This document shows positions 1 to 12,069 of a stretch of DNA of 64,000 bases, piece by piece (position 1 is the first letter of the stretch; each line of letters opens with the position of its first letter). Source of the DNA: Zygnema circumcarinatum SAG 698-1b (lineage: Eukaryota > Plantae > Zygnematophyceae). Both the position numbers and the translations under genes were made by a program. The stretch lies in the NCBI GenBank assembly GCA_037447605.1, contig CM074818.1:496001-560000 (forward strand), given 5' to 3'. Below the pieces are notes generated by a model that saw nothing but the letters and a program-made list of their open reading frames with translations, was not told where the DNA came from and made no database searches.

Positions 1-7
1 GCCGATA

Positions 8-432
8 CAGTGGACCCCCATAATATTGTCCACCTTGTACAGTGAGTCCCCAAGAAATTCGCCCCGATTTTGCCGAAACCACCTTTTTGTACGGTAACTC
101 AATGTTAACGTATTAGGGATGTTAACCTAACCTGACCTATTCTCCAAAATAAAATCTGTTAATCGGAACGGATTTTAAACATGGGTCACGCTTTTACGCT
201 GTACGGTAAGTACGAATAGAATCTCTAAATCGTACGGTATAGGTACGGTACCAATAGAAACTCGTGTATCTAAAGTACGGTACGATACGATACGATACGA
301 TACATACAGACAGACATGAACTCTAACATAATATCGCTCGCCTATTGGTAACACGGACCATATATTTGCAAATTGCAATATTTTCGCCCAGTAGTTGCCG
401 AAACCATGACGAAAATATTATGGGGTCCACTG
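8..432. mobile_element. Non-autonomous Tc1/mariner-like MITE (~425 bp)
   Basis: Seen: terminal inverted repeats CAGTGGACCCC(C)ATAATATT at 8-28 and 413-432, flanked by TA at 6-7 and 433-434; no transposase ORF. Known: a TA target duplication and CAGT termini typify Tc1/mariner. Confidence 0.75.
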
Positions 433-964
433 TATCGGCATGGGGGGCCGGCAGCAGGGCTGTCCAATGGTAGACTGCCACGTCGCAACCTCTGACCCAA
501 AAGGGTCAGGTGAGGACAACGTTTCCGTAGGCTCGCCGCATCTCGCGGGCCGCGCCGCGATGCGCGGCGCCGTACGTCGGTGCACGGTCGGATCCTGCGC
601 GCGAGGCGCGGGGTCCGATTGTCTACAAGATCTCTCCTCCCGAAAGATCCAAGGGAGGGGGGGGGCGTGATTAGCCAGAATGAAAGTACAGTTTTTTTCC
701 CGAAAGGGGGCGCGGATATCCAAAAAGTGGGGCGCCTGTATCATTTTCCAGTTTTTATGCCTTTCAAGACTTGTTTAAAAACAGTACTTTGCTTTGACGT
801 CCGTGGTACGTTCCGCGTGAAGAGAAGTACTGAATTCAAATTTTTTTTTCCGGCCATGGTAAGGGTTGGCTCTGTTTCACCCACCTGCTTTCGTTTGATT
901 CTCGCTTTACTTGTCCTTTAACCATCCTTTAGTCATCCTTTAGTCATCCTTTAGTCACAGAAGA

Positions 965-3798
965 ATGGGCTCGTGGCTTGACTATCTTGGCTTGACTAAG
1001 TTGGAGTCAGCCCCTGCTGGTAATAATGATGCAGCAGGACTGGCTCAAATTGGCTCTGCAGGGAAATCTGAAAAAAATAATAATAAGGAAATAATATTTG
1101 ATGATAAAAAGGAAGAAATTCAAGTTGTTGGAGAAAAAGTTTCTGAAAATGAAACTGAGTTTGAGTTTGATTCAGCTGTTGCTGCTGCTTCTGATGATCT
1201 GAAGAAGAAAAAAAGCGAAAAAAATGAGAAAAAGTTGGAGGTGAATGGATCTGAGCAGCAACAGCAGCAGGCCTTCTCCTCCTTTACTCGATCTCTCTCT
1301 TCCTCTCCCAAGCAGGTGCTGCTTGTCGAAGAAAATGACTTTATTTTGAAAGAAAACGGTGAACAGTTTTCTGCAGGTGATAATTTTTTGCAGAAAGAAA
1401 CTGAAATAGAGAAAAAATCTGCACATTTTCTTCCTAAGTATGACATAGAAAAGTCTGGAACTCAAACTGAATCTGGACCTGTTTCTGCTGATGATGATGC
1501 AGGTCCTCCTACCAAAAATACTGAAACTGAAACTGAAACTGAAACTGAAAAGCTTGTAAAAGATGAAGATCCCATTCCCAACGGAAAAACTGAAACTGTA
1601 ACTGAGCCCCTTCAAAAGGGTGGTCCTTCATCATCTAACAATGATCCATTATCAGCCGGAAAACTGAATCCCTCTCCTGAATCTGTCCCTATTTCCGCAC
1701 CTATAATTACTGAAACCAAAGCACATTCAAAATCTGCATCATCATCATCATCTCCATCACTTAAAACGATAGCTCCACTTTCTTCTTCTTCTTCCACTTT
1801 TTCAAGTCCTGCTGCATTCATTCCTCGGACAGTTTTCAGTAATCTGATTGCGGATACTCAAGCAAGTTATTATTTTCCGATGGAGTTTTTCGTGGCCTGG
1901 CAAGGCGTGCTCACGATTGCATATTCCGGCATTCCGCCGGCGCTGGAAGAGGTGAGGCTCGAAAATGCATTGGGTTTTTGGTTCATGGTTGCTCTTTAAA
2001 GAAGCAGGAGCGAATGTGATTGAGTTGGAGTTTTGCTCTGTGAGGGAGGGGGGAGGGGGAGAGGGAGAGGGGGAGAAGGGGAGGGGGAGGGGGAGGGCGA
2101 AGGGGAGAGGGAGAGGGGGAGGGGGAGGGAGGGTGAGAGGAAGAGGGAGAAGGAGAGGGAGACTAGAGGGAACAGAGAGAAGGGGGAGGGACAGGGAGAG
2201 GAAACAGGGAGAGGGAGAGGGAGAGGGAGAGGAAACAGTGAGAGGGAAAGGGAGCGGGAGAGGGAGATCTTTCGCATCATGCCGATTTTGAGTGGACATA
2301 TGTATCCGTCGCATGGATTCATGCTCTCACTATAAAGCATTGTCATTGTCTGTTTCCTTTCTGCAGTTAAAGCAAAAGATTGATGAAAATTTCCCTTTCT
2401 TCGTGCCGGAAAACCCGGGCTCCAAATGGCCCAAAACCACGCTCGCATGTCTACGTGACAACAAGCGCCTCACCTTGGAGCAGCTTCAGACTCTCCGAAA
2501 GATTTGCAGGTCACTTTGGGACCTCGGAAAACCCTAAAAACCTCTTAGCCATAGAAACTGAAACCCTACTAATCTAGGAATGTGAGAATCGTTCCAACCC
2601 TAACCATCTGTTCTTGCACCTTAAACGCTAAAAAATCTTAATTTTGAACCCTTATCTAACCCTTACCCTGACACAAATCCTGAAACTAAACCGGACCCCA
2701 AGCCCTGACCAAAACCCTAAACTTTGAATCCTAAGCCCCGGGTAATAAGTTATACCGGTAAACGTTTTTTTGTAAAATTAAACCCTTACTCTAATTCTAA
2801 ACCCTGACGTCTAACCCTAACCCCAACCCTAAGTCTAACTCTGAACCCTGAACCCTGAACCCTCAACTTAACCCTAACCCTACCCTGAACCCTAACCCTA
2901 ACCCTAATCCTAACCCTGAACCCTGAACCCTAACCCTAAACACTAAACCCTAACCCTAACCCAAAAAAATGCGGGGTGGGAATGTAATATGTAATGTTTC
3001 AGCCATGAGAGCTTCCGCCTCATCGTCTGCCCTCCAGTTCTTGTGAATAAGCTGTCGACGGTGATCTATGAGTCCTGCTGTTTGGAGAAAATAATTTCCA
3101 GCATGGAAACGCCATTGAAAGGTCCGCCGAGTAAGGCAGAATCTTCACCAAATCAGCGGAGTTACACGATGGGAGTTTTGAACGAATTTTCTTCGAAAAA
3201 TCTTGAAAACTATTATTTTCACGCGTCGAAAGATGGTAAGTCATTCTTCCTCTTCTGTTTCTTTGGATTTGCAGGGCAGGAAATGACTGTTCGGAAAGGT
3301 TGGGAGGGAGGGGGGGGGAAAGAGAAAGTGTGTGGGCAGGAGAAGAAAGAGAGAGAGGGGGGGGGGGGAGAGAGAGAGAGAGAGAGAGGGAGAGAGGCAG
3401 AGAGGCACCAGCTGTTTTGAGGGGAAAGGGACCGGCTTGGGCTTGAAAGGGATGGGAGAATGGGAGAGGTGGTTCAGGAGGAATGAGAGAGTTGTGGGGA
3501 GAGGGGGGGGGGGGGGGNNNNNNNNNNCCCCCTTTCCCCTTCCCTGCCTCCTCCCTTCCTCCCTCCCTCCCTCCCCTGTTTTTACTTATTGAAATAACCT
3601 TTTCTTTGGGTTTGGAAAGGTCACCGGAGTCGACATTACCGCGAGTCAAAACTTGGAGTAACTTTGGTGCATTTCCTGGAAGCTTCCGTTCCGGCTGCTT
3701 TGGAAAAATTTCGGGCAGCGGTTGAGGCCGAACTGCCCGAAATGTATGACTGGTTCGATCCAAACTCGCTGCATATAACTCTGCGGGCCTTAACTTAA
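965..3798 (+). CDS. 2H-phosphoesterase-like protein with long acidic/Ser-rich N-terminus; exons 965-1951, 2367-2509, 3003-3235, 3620-3798
   Basis: Seen: four exons with GT-AG junctions and matching phases. The C-terminal domain reads YSGIPPAL..ENPGSKWPKTTLACL ... MYDWFDPNSLHITLRAL*. The H-x-T motif (HIT) is a 2H superfamily hallmark; the family call is inferred from motifs only. Confidence 0.7.
2570..2960. repeat. Degenerate interstitial (CCCTAAA/CCCTGAA)n tract in an intron; similar tracts at 9902-10150, 37620-37850, 39560-40050, 40968-41050, 60110-60200
   Basis: Seen directly. CCCTAAA is the Arabidopsis-type telomere unit. Confidence 0.85.
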
Positions 3799-5770
3799 AT
3801 TGAACAAAAAAAAAAGGATTGAGGAAGACTGTCATTTCGGGTTAGGTGAGTTCCGAAAATTTGAAAAAAAAAATTGTGCAAATGTGTGCTAATGTTGAAC
3901 AAGTTCTATATTTGGAACTTAGGGTTTGTTGGGAGGTTAGGTTTTGAGCACTTTGGAGGTGTGGGTGGATACTTTTTTTAGGATTAGGCAGAGAGAAAGG
4001 GAGAGAGAGAGAGAGGAAGAGAGAGAGAGAGAGAGATAGGGAGAGAGAGAGAGGTGGGTAAGAGAGTGGTTTCCAAGGGGGTGTCTCGTAGGACGAAGGA
4101 AGCAAGCACAGGCTTTTCCTTTTTAAAAAATTGTTTATCTTTTACCTCTATTTGAAATTTGCTGCTAATAGCATCCATAGGATTTGATTTGGACCCGCCA
4201 CAAACATGTCTTTGCGCTTTGTCAAATTTTGACTTAAGTTCGCATTGAAGGGGGAGAGTTGAGGGGGGAGGGGGAGAAGGAGAGATGGAAGGAGGGGAGA
4301 TGGAATGGGTGAAAAGAGGGGAGAGAGTGGGAGTGGGTAGAGGGCGGAGGAGAGATGGAGGGAATGAGAGGGAGGAGATAGAGCAGGGGGGTTGGGAGAG
4401 AGGGGATGGGATAAGGGAGGAGGAAAAAGGGTGGAGGGAGAGGGGAGAGGAGTGGACAGGGAGTAAGAGGCAGGGGAAAGGAGTTAGAAGTGTGGAGAGA
4501 GGGTGGTGGGAGAAGAAGTGGAAAGGACGGAGGGGAGAGGAGGGAGAGAGAGGGGCAGAGAGGGAGGGCAAAGGGAAAGGGCGAGGAGAGAGGGCGATGG
4601 AAGAAGAAAGGGATAGGGTAGGAAATTGAATTCCTTTGCTTCGCTCAAATTATGTTCTTGCCGTTGAATATATATGTTGTTGAATGGAGCACATTTTGTG
4701 ATAAAAGCACGCGTTTAGGTAACTTTGTAGACGAAACAAACCCATAAATCAAGTTGATGTCCAGCATTTGAAAATTTCAATATTCAAGGGAGAGAGTGCG
4801 AATGATTTTTCATGATTTTACTTTGTCGTGATTTCTCTTTGAATCTAGACCTACCTTCACTTGCCTTGGTTAACGGGAGTTGGTTCCCTCCCTCCCTCCC
4901 CCCCTTCCTCCCTCCCTCCCGCCTCCCTCCCTCCCTCCCTCCCTCCCGCCCTCCCTCCCTCCCTCCTCCCCCCTCCCTCCCTCCCTCCCGCCTTCCCTCC
5001 ATCCCTCCTCCCCTTAACATGCACTTGGTTAAGCAGTCTTTTAACTTGACCGGACTTCACTATCTTTGACCTAAATTTGCGTGCTTTTGATTTTATCCTC
5101 CATCCTCTACAACTCTCCTGGGAAGAGCCTCTTCTGCCGTGAAACCGAACAGGTTGAGAAATTGTGTATCGTGTTTACTTTATTCCTCAATCCTCAATCT
5201 TATTGAATAATAGTGTTGAACTTTGAACACTCGAGGTCGAACTTCTTCGATTTAAGAAAGTAAAAAGGTTTAAGAAAAAAGTTCAAAGTCTCAATGTGTT
5301 CGGTCGCACGTGTGGATTCCACTTTTTGCCACGTTGGTTCCGTGCGATTTGAGGGGTCCGGTTAACTTTCTGATCCTATTTTTTCCGTACAACTCTTCCT
5401 GCGAGAAGACCAACAATTTCCGTACGGACCTCCGGGTTCACGCGATTTGCGATCCACTAAAATCTCATTGTTGATCGGTAGACCCAAGGAAAACTGGAAA
5501 TTACTGAAATTTATTGAAAATACTGAAAATAATGAAAATCCAGTTAAAGATGAATCCAAAACGGAACCAATCCTCACAGGGACAAACCACACTGCAAAAA
5601 AGCAACTCGCTACATGGAGGCGAAAAACGGAAGGGGCGGATAAAAGGAGAGTGAGGGGAAAGGACAAACGAAGGCGCTCTTTAGAAGGCTCAAAGCCGCA
5701 TCCAAAAAAAATCCCTCGAAAAAAAATCCATAGCAGATCATGAAATGGAACTAACTATGGAAGCAATTTC

Positions 5771-7262
5771 TCAAAGAAGGGCAGAGACGATGGCGGCATA
5801 TATTACACATATGTTCCGTTTCTGTTCCAGTTTCAGATTCTGAAAAAAAATCTGAAAGGGAAGACCATGCTCCAATGGTCCCGTTACAATGACGCCTGCA
5901 ATTAACCTGAAGTATACAAACGAAATGAAGGAATGTAAGAAACCAAACAAAGCAAGGTCTCCTCGGAAGAAGTGGTAGTGAGGAATCTGAAAAGCGGCTC
6001 CCTCCCACCCTCCCTCCCTCCCTCCCTCCCTCCCTCCATCCCCCCATCACCTCCCTCTTCCCCCACGCCTCCCTTCCCCTCTACCTTCTGCTTCCCTCTC
6101 CCTCAACCCTCCTCCCTTTCTCTAACCTACCCTTCTCCTTGGCCCCCCCTTCTCCGATTCTCCTCCTTCCATTCCTCCCCACTCCCCACTCTCCCGTATC
6201 CCTCCCTCCTCCCTCCTCCCCTTCCTCCTTCTCCATCTCCTCCCCCCTGTCCTCCCCACACCCCAGTCTCCCTCCCCCTCTCCTCTCCCTCCCCTCTTCC
6301 TCCCATCCCCTCCCTCTCCCTCCCCTCTCCCTTCCCTCCCCTCTCCTTCCCTCCCCTCTCCCTCCCCTCCCCTCTACCTCCCCTCTCCCTCCCCTCCCCT
6401 CTCGCTCCCCTCTCCCTCCCCCTCTCCCTGCCCTCTCCTCTCCCTCCCCTCTTCCTCCCCTTCCATCTCCCTCCCCTCAATGCGGGCCGGAAGAAAGGGG
6501 GGGGAAGGCAGAGAGAGAGAGAGTTGAGAAGAGAGAGGAAGAGAGCTGGAACATGGAGCTGGAACAGCTCCCTCCCTTCCCCTCTCCCTCCCCTCTTCCT
6601 CCCCCTCTCCTCTTCCTCCCCCTTTCCTCTTCCTCCCCCTGTCCCTGCCCTCTCCTCTCCCTCCCCTCTTCCTCCCCTCCATTCTCCCTCCCCTCTCCCT
6701 CCCCTCCCTCTCCTTCCCCTCCCCTCGCCCTCCCCTCCCCTCTCCCTCCCCTCCCTCCCCCTCTCCCTGCCCTCTCCTCTCCATCCCCTCTTCCCCCNNN
6801 NNNNNNNCCCCCCCCCCCCCTCCTCACCCCCTCTCTCTACCAGTCCCTGCTCCACGGAAACTTAGGGTTTATGATCAGGAAGGCGCAGAAGGCCACGTTG
6901 GCCGCCATGAACGACCACGTCGGCGGCCGCCCCATCAGGAAGGCCCGCCTCCTCCTCTCCTCCCGCCGCCTTTCTTGCTCCGACGGGCTCGCCAAAGCCG
7001 CCGAAGTTGCCGAACTTGACTTCTTTGGCAAAGTCAACGAAGTCGCCAAAGTCTTGGCAGAAGTCGCCGAAGTCAACGAAGTCTTCGCCGGAGTCGACGC
7101 GGCCGAGGCGGGCCGCGGCGCGTGCGCCATTTTGGAACGCCACGTGGTGGGCGGGCGGCCGAGGCGGCGGGCGCGGGCAATGACGTCACCCGCACTTGCG
7201 ATCCACGCGCGGACGTCGTCGAGGTCGACGAGCGGGGCGTCCGGCGCGGGCGCTGACGTCAT
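5771..7262 (-). CDS. Hypothetical small membrane protein; exons 7262-6841 and 5906-5771 (more exons could lie in gap 6798-6807)
   Basis: Seen: ATG at 7262, high GC3 in exon 1, phase-2 donor (TG|GTAG) matching the acceptor at 5906. The spliced product has hydrophobic stretches SFMAANVAFCAFLII, WLIAGVIVTG and ICVIYAAIVSALL. No family recognised. Confidence 0.5.
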
Positions 7263-7702
7263 GGCGGGAGGGAGGGAGGGAGGGAGGGAGGGGAGTGAAC
7301 TATCTAGGGACTAGGATGGGGATTAGGGTTCTAAGGTTTAAGGTTTAAGGTCGTAGGTCTTAGGGTTTAGGGTTTAAGGTCGTAGGTCCCAGGGTTTAAG
7401 GGTATAGGGTTCTAGGGTTTAAGGGTATAGGGTTTTAGGGTTTAAGGTCGTAGGTCTGAGGGTTTTAGGTTTTAGGGTTCAGGCTTTAGGGTTTCTGCCG
7501 CGCGACGTCTCGTGGATTCCGTTGACCAACCTTGACCAGCCTTGACTTCCTTTACCTCCATTGACCTGAAAGCTGGCGTCCGTACAGACCTAAACCCGAA
7601 AGGTTCAGGGCCGCCCTTTGTCGTTTTGCGAGCGGAGGGGGCGGCAGTGTTTAGGGCCCCCGGAAGGTCCGTTTTTAGAGTTTTTAGGGTTTTTTAGGGA
7701 CT
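7263..7702. promoter_or_regulatory. Compact bidirectional promoter with degenerate TTTAGGG (telo-box-like) tract
   Basis: Seen: 440 bp between divergent ATGs (7262 minus, 7703 plus); 7325-7500 is a degenerate GGGTTTA array. Regulatory function is inferred. Confidence 0.5.
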
Positions 7703-9033
7703 ATGGCGACGGGGGCCAATGGGGAGCGTCCACGTGGCGCTCGGGACAGCAGGTACAAACCCTAAAGCCGGTCTGAACCCCTGAACTTCTTAAACCCTAA
7801 TCAAACCCTAATTCTTTTTTTTTCAGAGTTCGAATTTCCGCCAGATTTTTGCAAACCCAGTTTTTTCTTCTCTACATTAACCAAATGTAAATTGAATGAA
7901 AAGGGAGCCTTGAAGTCAAATTGAATTTACTTTTTTATTATATATTGAAAAAGAAAAATCTCCCATTTAATTTTAAATCTTTTTAAACCCTCCCCAGGTC
8001 CGTGCGCAACTTCGTCAAATGGATGCAACGCGCAGGGATCCGCTACACCCCCTCTCTCTCCTTCTGCTCTCCCTCTCCCTCTCACTTTCCCTCTCCCACT
8101 CCCTCCCTCCCCCACTCTCTCTCCCACTCTCCCTCCCCCACCTCCCACTCCCCCTCCCCCTCCGTCCCCATAAATCCTCTAAAACCCTCTCCCTTCCTCT
8201 CTCTCTCCCCCTCTCCCTCCCTCCCCCTAAAAACCCTAATATTCTCTCCCTCCCCCTCTCCCTCCCTCCCCCTAAAAAACCTAAAACCCTCTCCCTCTCC
8301 CTCTCCCTCCCTCTCCTACCTTTGCGTCCGAACCCTCTCCGACCTCTCTTCTGGTGACGTCATCGCCACCATTCCCAAGTCAGCATGCCTCACTAAACGG
8401 ACCACGGACTGCTCCGCCTTCATAGAAACCGTAAAGCTCGACGGAAAACTGGCGCTCTCTGTGGCTCTGATGTGGGAGAGGAGTGCGGGAGAGAGGTCGA
8501 AATGGTTCGAATATTTGAAGGCGATTCCGAAGAGGGAGGAGGCGGCCTGCGTGTGGGAGAGAGGGGAGGCGGAGAGGCTGCTCAAGGGGACGGAGTTGGA
8601 GCAGGTGTGGGAGGGAGAGGGAGAGGGAGAGGGAAAGGGAGAGGGAGAGGGAGAGGGGGGGAGGGAGAGGGGGAGGGAGGAGGAAGGAGGGAGGAGTGAG
8701 GAGAGAGGGAGGAGGGAGGAGGGAGGAGGGAGGAGGGAGGAGGGAGATTGTAGAGTGTGAGACAGGGAGAGTGTTTATATGTGCTTGTGTGAGAGAGAGG
8801 ATTTGAGGCAGAAGGAGAGGGAAAATAGTGCACGTGTGCCTGAGAGAGAGAGAGCGAGAGGGGGGAAGCTGTGAGAGATAAAAGGGAAGAAGGGTTTTCA
8901 AAATCTGTGTATGAGATGGAGAGAGATAAACAGGGAAGCAGAGGGAGAATGCGTGCTTGAGAGTCAGAGAGAGAGCTTGAGAAGAAGAGAGGATTGTGTG
9001 CGTGTGTGGGAGAGAGGGAAATAGGGAGAGTGG

Positions 9034-9065
<32 letters not shown>

Positions 9066-11251
9066 CATCCTAAAGTCTCCCAAGCAGTGAACTACCCCTG
9101 CAGGATGTGCTGGAAGACCTCTCTCTCCTCCGGCGAGAGTGGAGGGAGAGAGTCCTCCCTCTCACTGTGGCGGAGCCTCTCTCCTTCCCTCCCTCTCTCT
9201 TCTCCTTCGAGCACTACCTCGACGCTCACTCTCTCGTCTCCTCTCGCGCTTTCACTATCGACAAATTCCATGGCTTCGGAATGGTGCCCCTCGCCGACTT
9301 GTGAGAATTTTTTAGGGTTTAGGGTTCAGAAAAGAAAAGAAAAAGGAAAAAACTATGTTTTTGGTTTGCAGTGTTTGATTTCTGGTTTTTAGTATATTAG
9401 TTGGAACTGATTTCAGTTGCCCGTAACTGTTCCGTGTGATCTGCTTTTGCTTCAAAGACAGATTCAATCATAAGACGGCGGCGGAGGATGTGCATTTCAC
9501 TGCTACGGATAACGGAGACGATGACGGAACTAGTGAGCATGGAGACGAAGAGGGAGAGGAGGAGACGGAGGGAGGAGAGGAGGAGAGGGAGAGTGGAGAG
9601 GAGGAGAGGGAGAGTGGAGAGGAGGAGAGGGAGGGAAGAGAGGAGCAGAGGGAGAGTGGAGAGGAGAGGAAGAGTGGAGAGGAGGAGAGGGAGAGAGGTG
9701 AGGAGGAGAGGGAGAGAGGAGAGGAGGAGAGGGAGAGAGGAGAGGAGGGAGGGATTGAGTCTCAAGGGGAGGAGAAGTTGGATGATAAAGAAAGTGAGGA
9801 ATTAAACAAAGACGACTTCGAAGACAAGAGTGAAGAGGAGGAGGAGTTGTTGGAGATGATTTTAATCAAAGATGTGAAGATGGGAAACGAGGTATTCAGC
9901 AAACCCTAAACCCTAAAACTTCAACCTTAAACCCTAAACCTTAAACCCTAATCCCGTAAACCCTGAACCTTAAACCCTAAACCCTAAAGCCTGAACCGTA
10001 GAAACTGAACCTTACACCTTAAACCCTAAACGCTAAACCCGGAACCCTAAACCTTAACCCTAACCCTAAACCTTAAATCCTAAACCCTAAACCCTAGACC
10101 CTAAACCTTAGACCCTGAACTTTAAACCCTAAACCCTAAACCCTGAACCCTATGAATCACTCAATCAGATTTATTTCATCGACCCATTGAACTTAGTTTA
10201 CAACTTACTCCCTTTTTTTTTTTTTTTGGTGCAGATTTTTAACACTTATGGACAGCTCAGCAACGCAGCTCTCCTCCACCGTTATGGATTCACAGAACTC
10301 GAAAATCCGTACGATTTGGTCAATATCGATACCGAGCTCGTCCTCAAAACGGTTTGCAGAGCGAGCGCTCAAACCAAAAAGAGTACGTCGTCCCCTCTCA
10401 CTTTGAGGAGGGCGAGGTACTGTTTTCGATTATGCGACGAAGCCCAATGTGGGCCCCAATGTACTTATTTCGAAATCGACTCTTCGGGCAAACCCGAAAT
10501 ACGGCTTCTTCTTCTGGTGAAATTTTTGTCACTGCCCGAGGAGAAAATTTCGAGGGTTGCTGCCCGGGCTGCTGATGTCAGCGGCGACGTCATCAAATTT
10601 GCGGAGTTGATGGGTTGGAAACCGAAGAAAGAGAATCGAAAAAATCGAAAAATTCGACGGAAGGCGAAGGGGTGTCGAAAAAGGAGAAAAATAAATAGCG
10701 ATGGGGATGATGAGGGGTTAAATTTTATTAAAAATAATCATTTAGATAATATTATGGAAGAAAAAGAGGGTCAAATGGGGTTGTGTGAGAGTGAAGAGGG
10801 AAGGGAGGGTAGGAAGGGAGAGAGAGGGAGGGAGAGAGAGGGAGGGAGGGGAAGGGAGAGTGAGGGGGGGAGAGAGGGGGAGAAACAAGGAGAGAGAGAG
10901 GGGGAGAGAGACGAAGAGAGCGAGAGGGAGAGAGGGAGAGAGAGCGAGAGGGAGGGAGAGGGAGAAGGAGAGAGTGAGAGAGAGTCTCTCTCCGACGGAA
11001 GCCTCCCAAAGGAAGGGGAGGAAAATGAGGAGTTGGAAAAATGGCTAAGTTCGAAAATCGTCTCAAACTACATGGTACGAATTTTGGATGCGAGAGACCG
11101 ACTCTATGGGGCCCACAGTTCCGTTGAAGACGACTGGGAACGGCTAACGGAACTGAGCGCATGTAACGGAGGGAGGGCGTTCCATGCGCTTTCGTTGCGT
11201 TGTAGCGAACGGAAAATTTTGTTGAAATGTAAACGGAGGTTTACGCGTTGA
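7703..11251 (+). CDS. SETD6: SET-domain N-lysine methyltransferase (SETD6/Rubisco-LSMT-like); exons 7703-7752, 7998-8604, 9104-9300, 9462-9891, 10235-11251
   Basis: Seen: GDVIATIPKSACLT, SKWFEYL..IP, LLKGTEL, SLVSSRAF, GMVPLADLFNHK, IFNTYGQLSNAALLHRYGFTE.ENPYD, which are characteristic SETD6-class motifs; all junction phases match. Confidence 0.9.
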
Positions 11252-12069
11252 AATAGCCGCTGATATGAATTTTTTGGTTTTTGGGAGAAAACTGAGTTTT
11301 TTGTGATGGGGAAAATGCAAGTAGCTTTTGTAACAAAGTTAAACTGAAGGATTAAAGAGTTATTGAATGGGGGAGGGAGGGAGGGAAGGGAGGGGAGTGG
11401 AGGGAGGGAGGGAGGGAGAGAGGGAGGGAGAGAGGGAGGGAGAGAGGGAGTGGGTAGGAGGGAGGGGAGGGAGGGAGGGAGGAGTGGGAGGGGAGGGAGA
11501 GCGGGAGGGAGGGGTTGGGAGGGGAGGGAGGGGGGATTGGGAGGGAGAGGGGGAGAGGGAGGGAGAGGGAGGGAGGGGGTGGGAGGGGAGGGAGGGAGGA
11601 GTGGGAGGGAGGAAGGGAGGGAGTACCAACTTCCAACACGAGGAGCGAAACCACGAGTCCGGACAGAACCGTTGCTATTCCGACGATGAGTACCGGTTGT
11701 ATCGAGACTGCCGGCGATAATCTTCGGTTTGAACGCACAGCTGGCCGGCCGGCCGTTTACAACCGTCAAGTTTTGGAAAAAACTTGGTTTTCGGAAGTCT
11801 GCAAACTTTCCGCCTCGGTTTGCAACTCGGAAATTTCGACCCCTGAAAAGTTTAGCCCTGCCCGAACGGAATTTTCCCAACTGAAAATGTTTACGCTGTG
11901 TTTCTTTGTGTACCAAATGCCGGGAGAAGAAATTTATTCAGCCCGAAAAAAAATAATTTTAATTTCCATTTGGGATGCTCTCCCTGCTCTTCAAAATCCT
12001 GCCCCTTTTTTCACAGTGGGCGGAATCCCGAAGGGAGGGGACGAAAACGACAAAAAATAGGGGCAAGAC

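Noticed and set aside
3840-5750. Possible additional gene between the 2H gene and the orphan membrane gene
   Set aside because: Islands of complex sequence have splice-like signals on both strands, but no phase-consistent, recognisable ORF could be built; treated as UTR or intergenic.
6139-7314. 391-aa plus-strand ORF
   Set aside because: Antisense shadow of the high-GC3 minus-strand exon plus CT repeat, and it spans an N gap.
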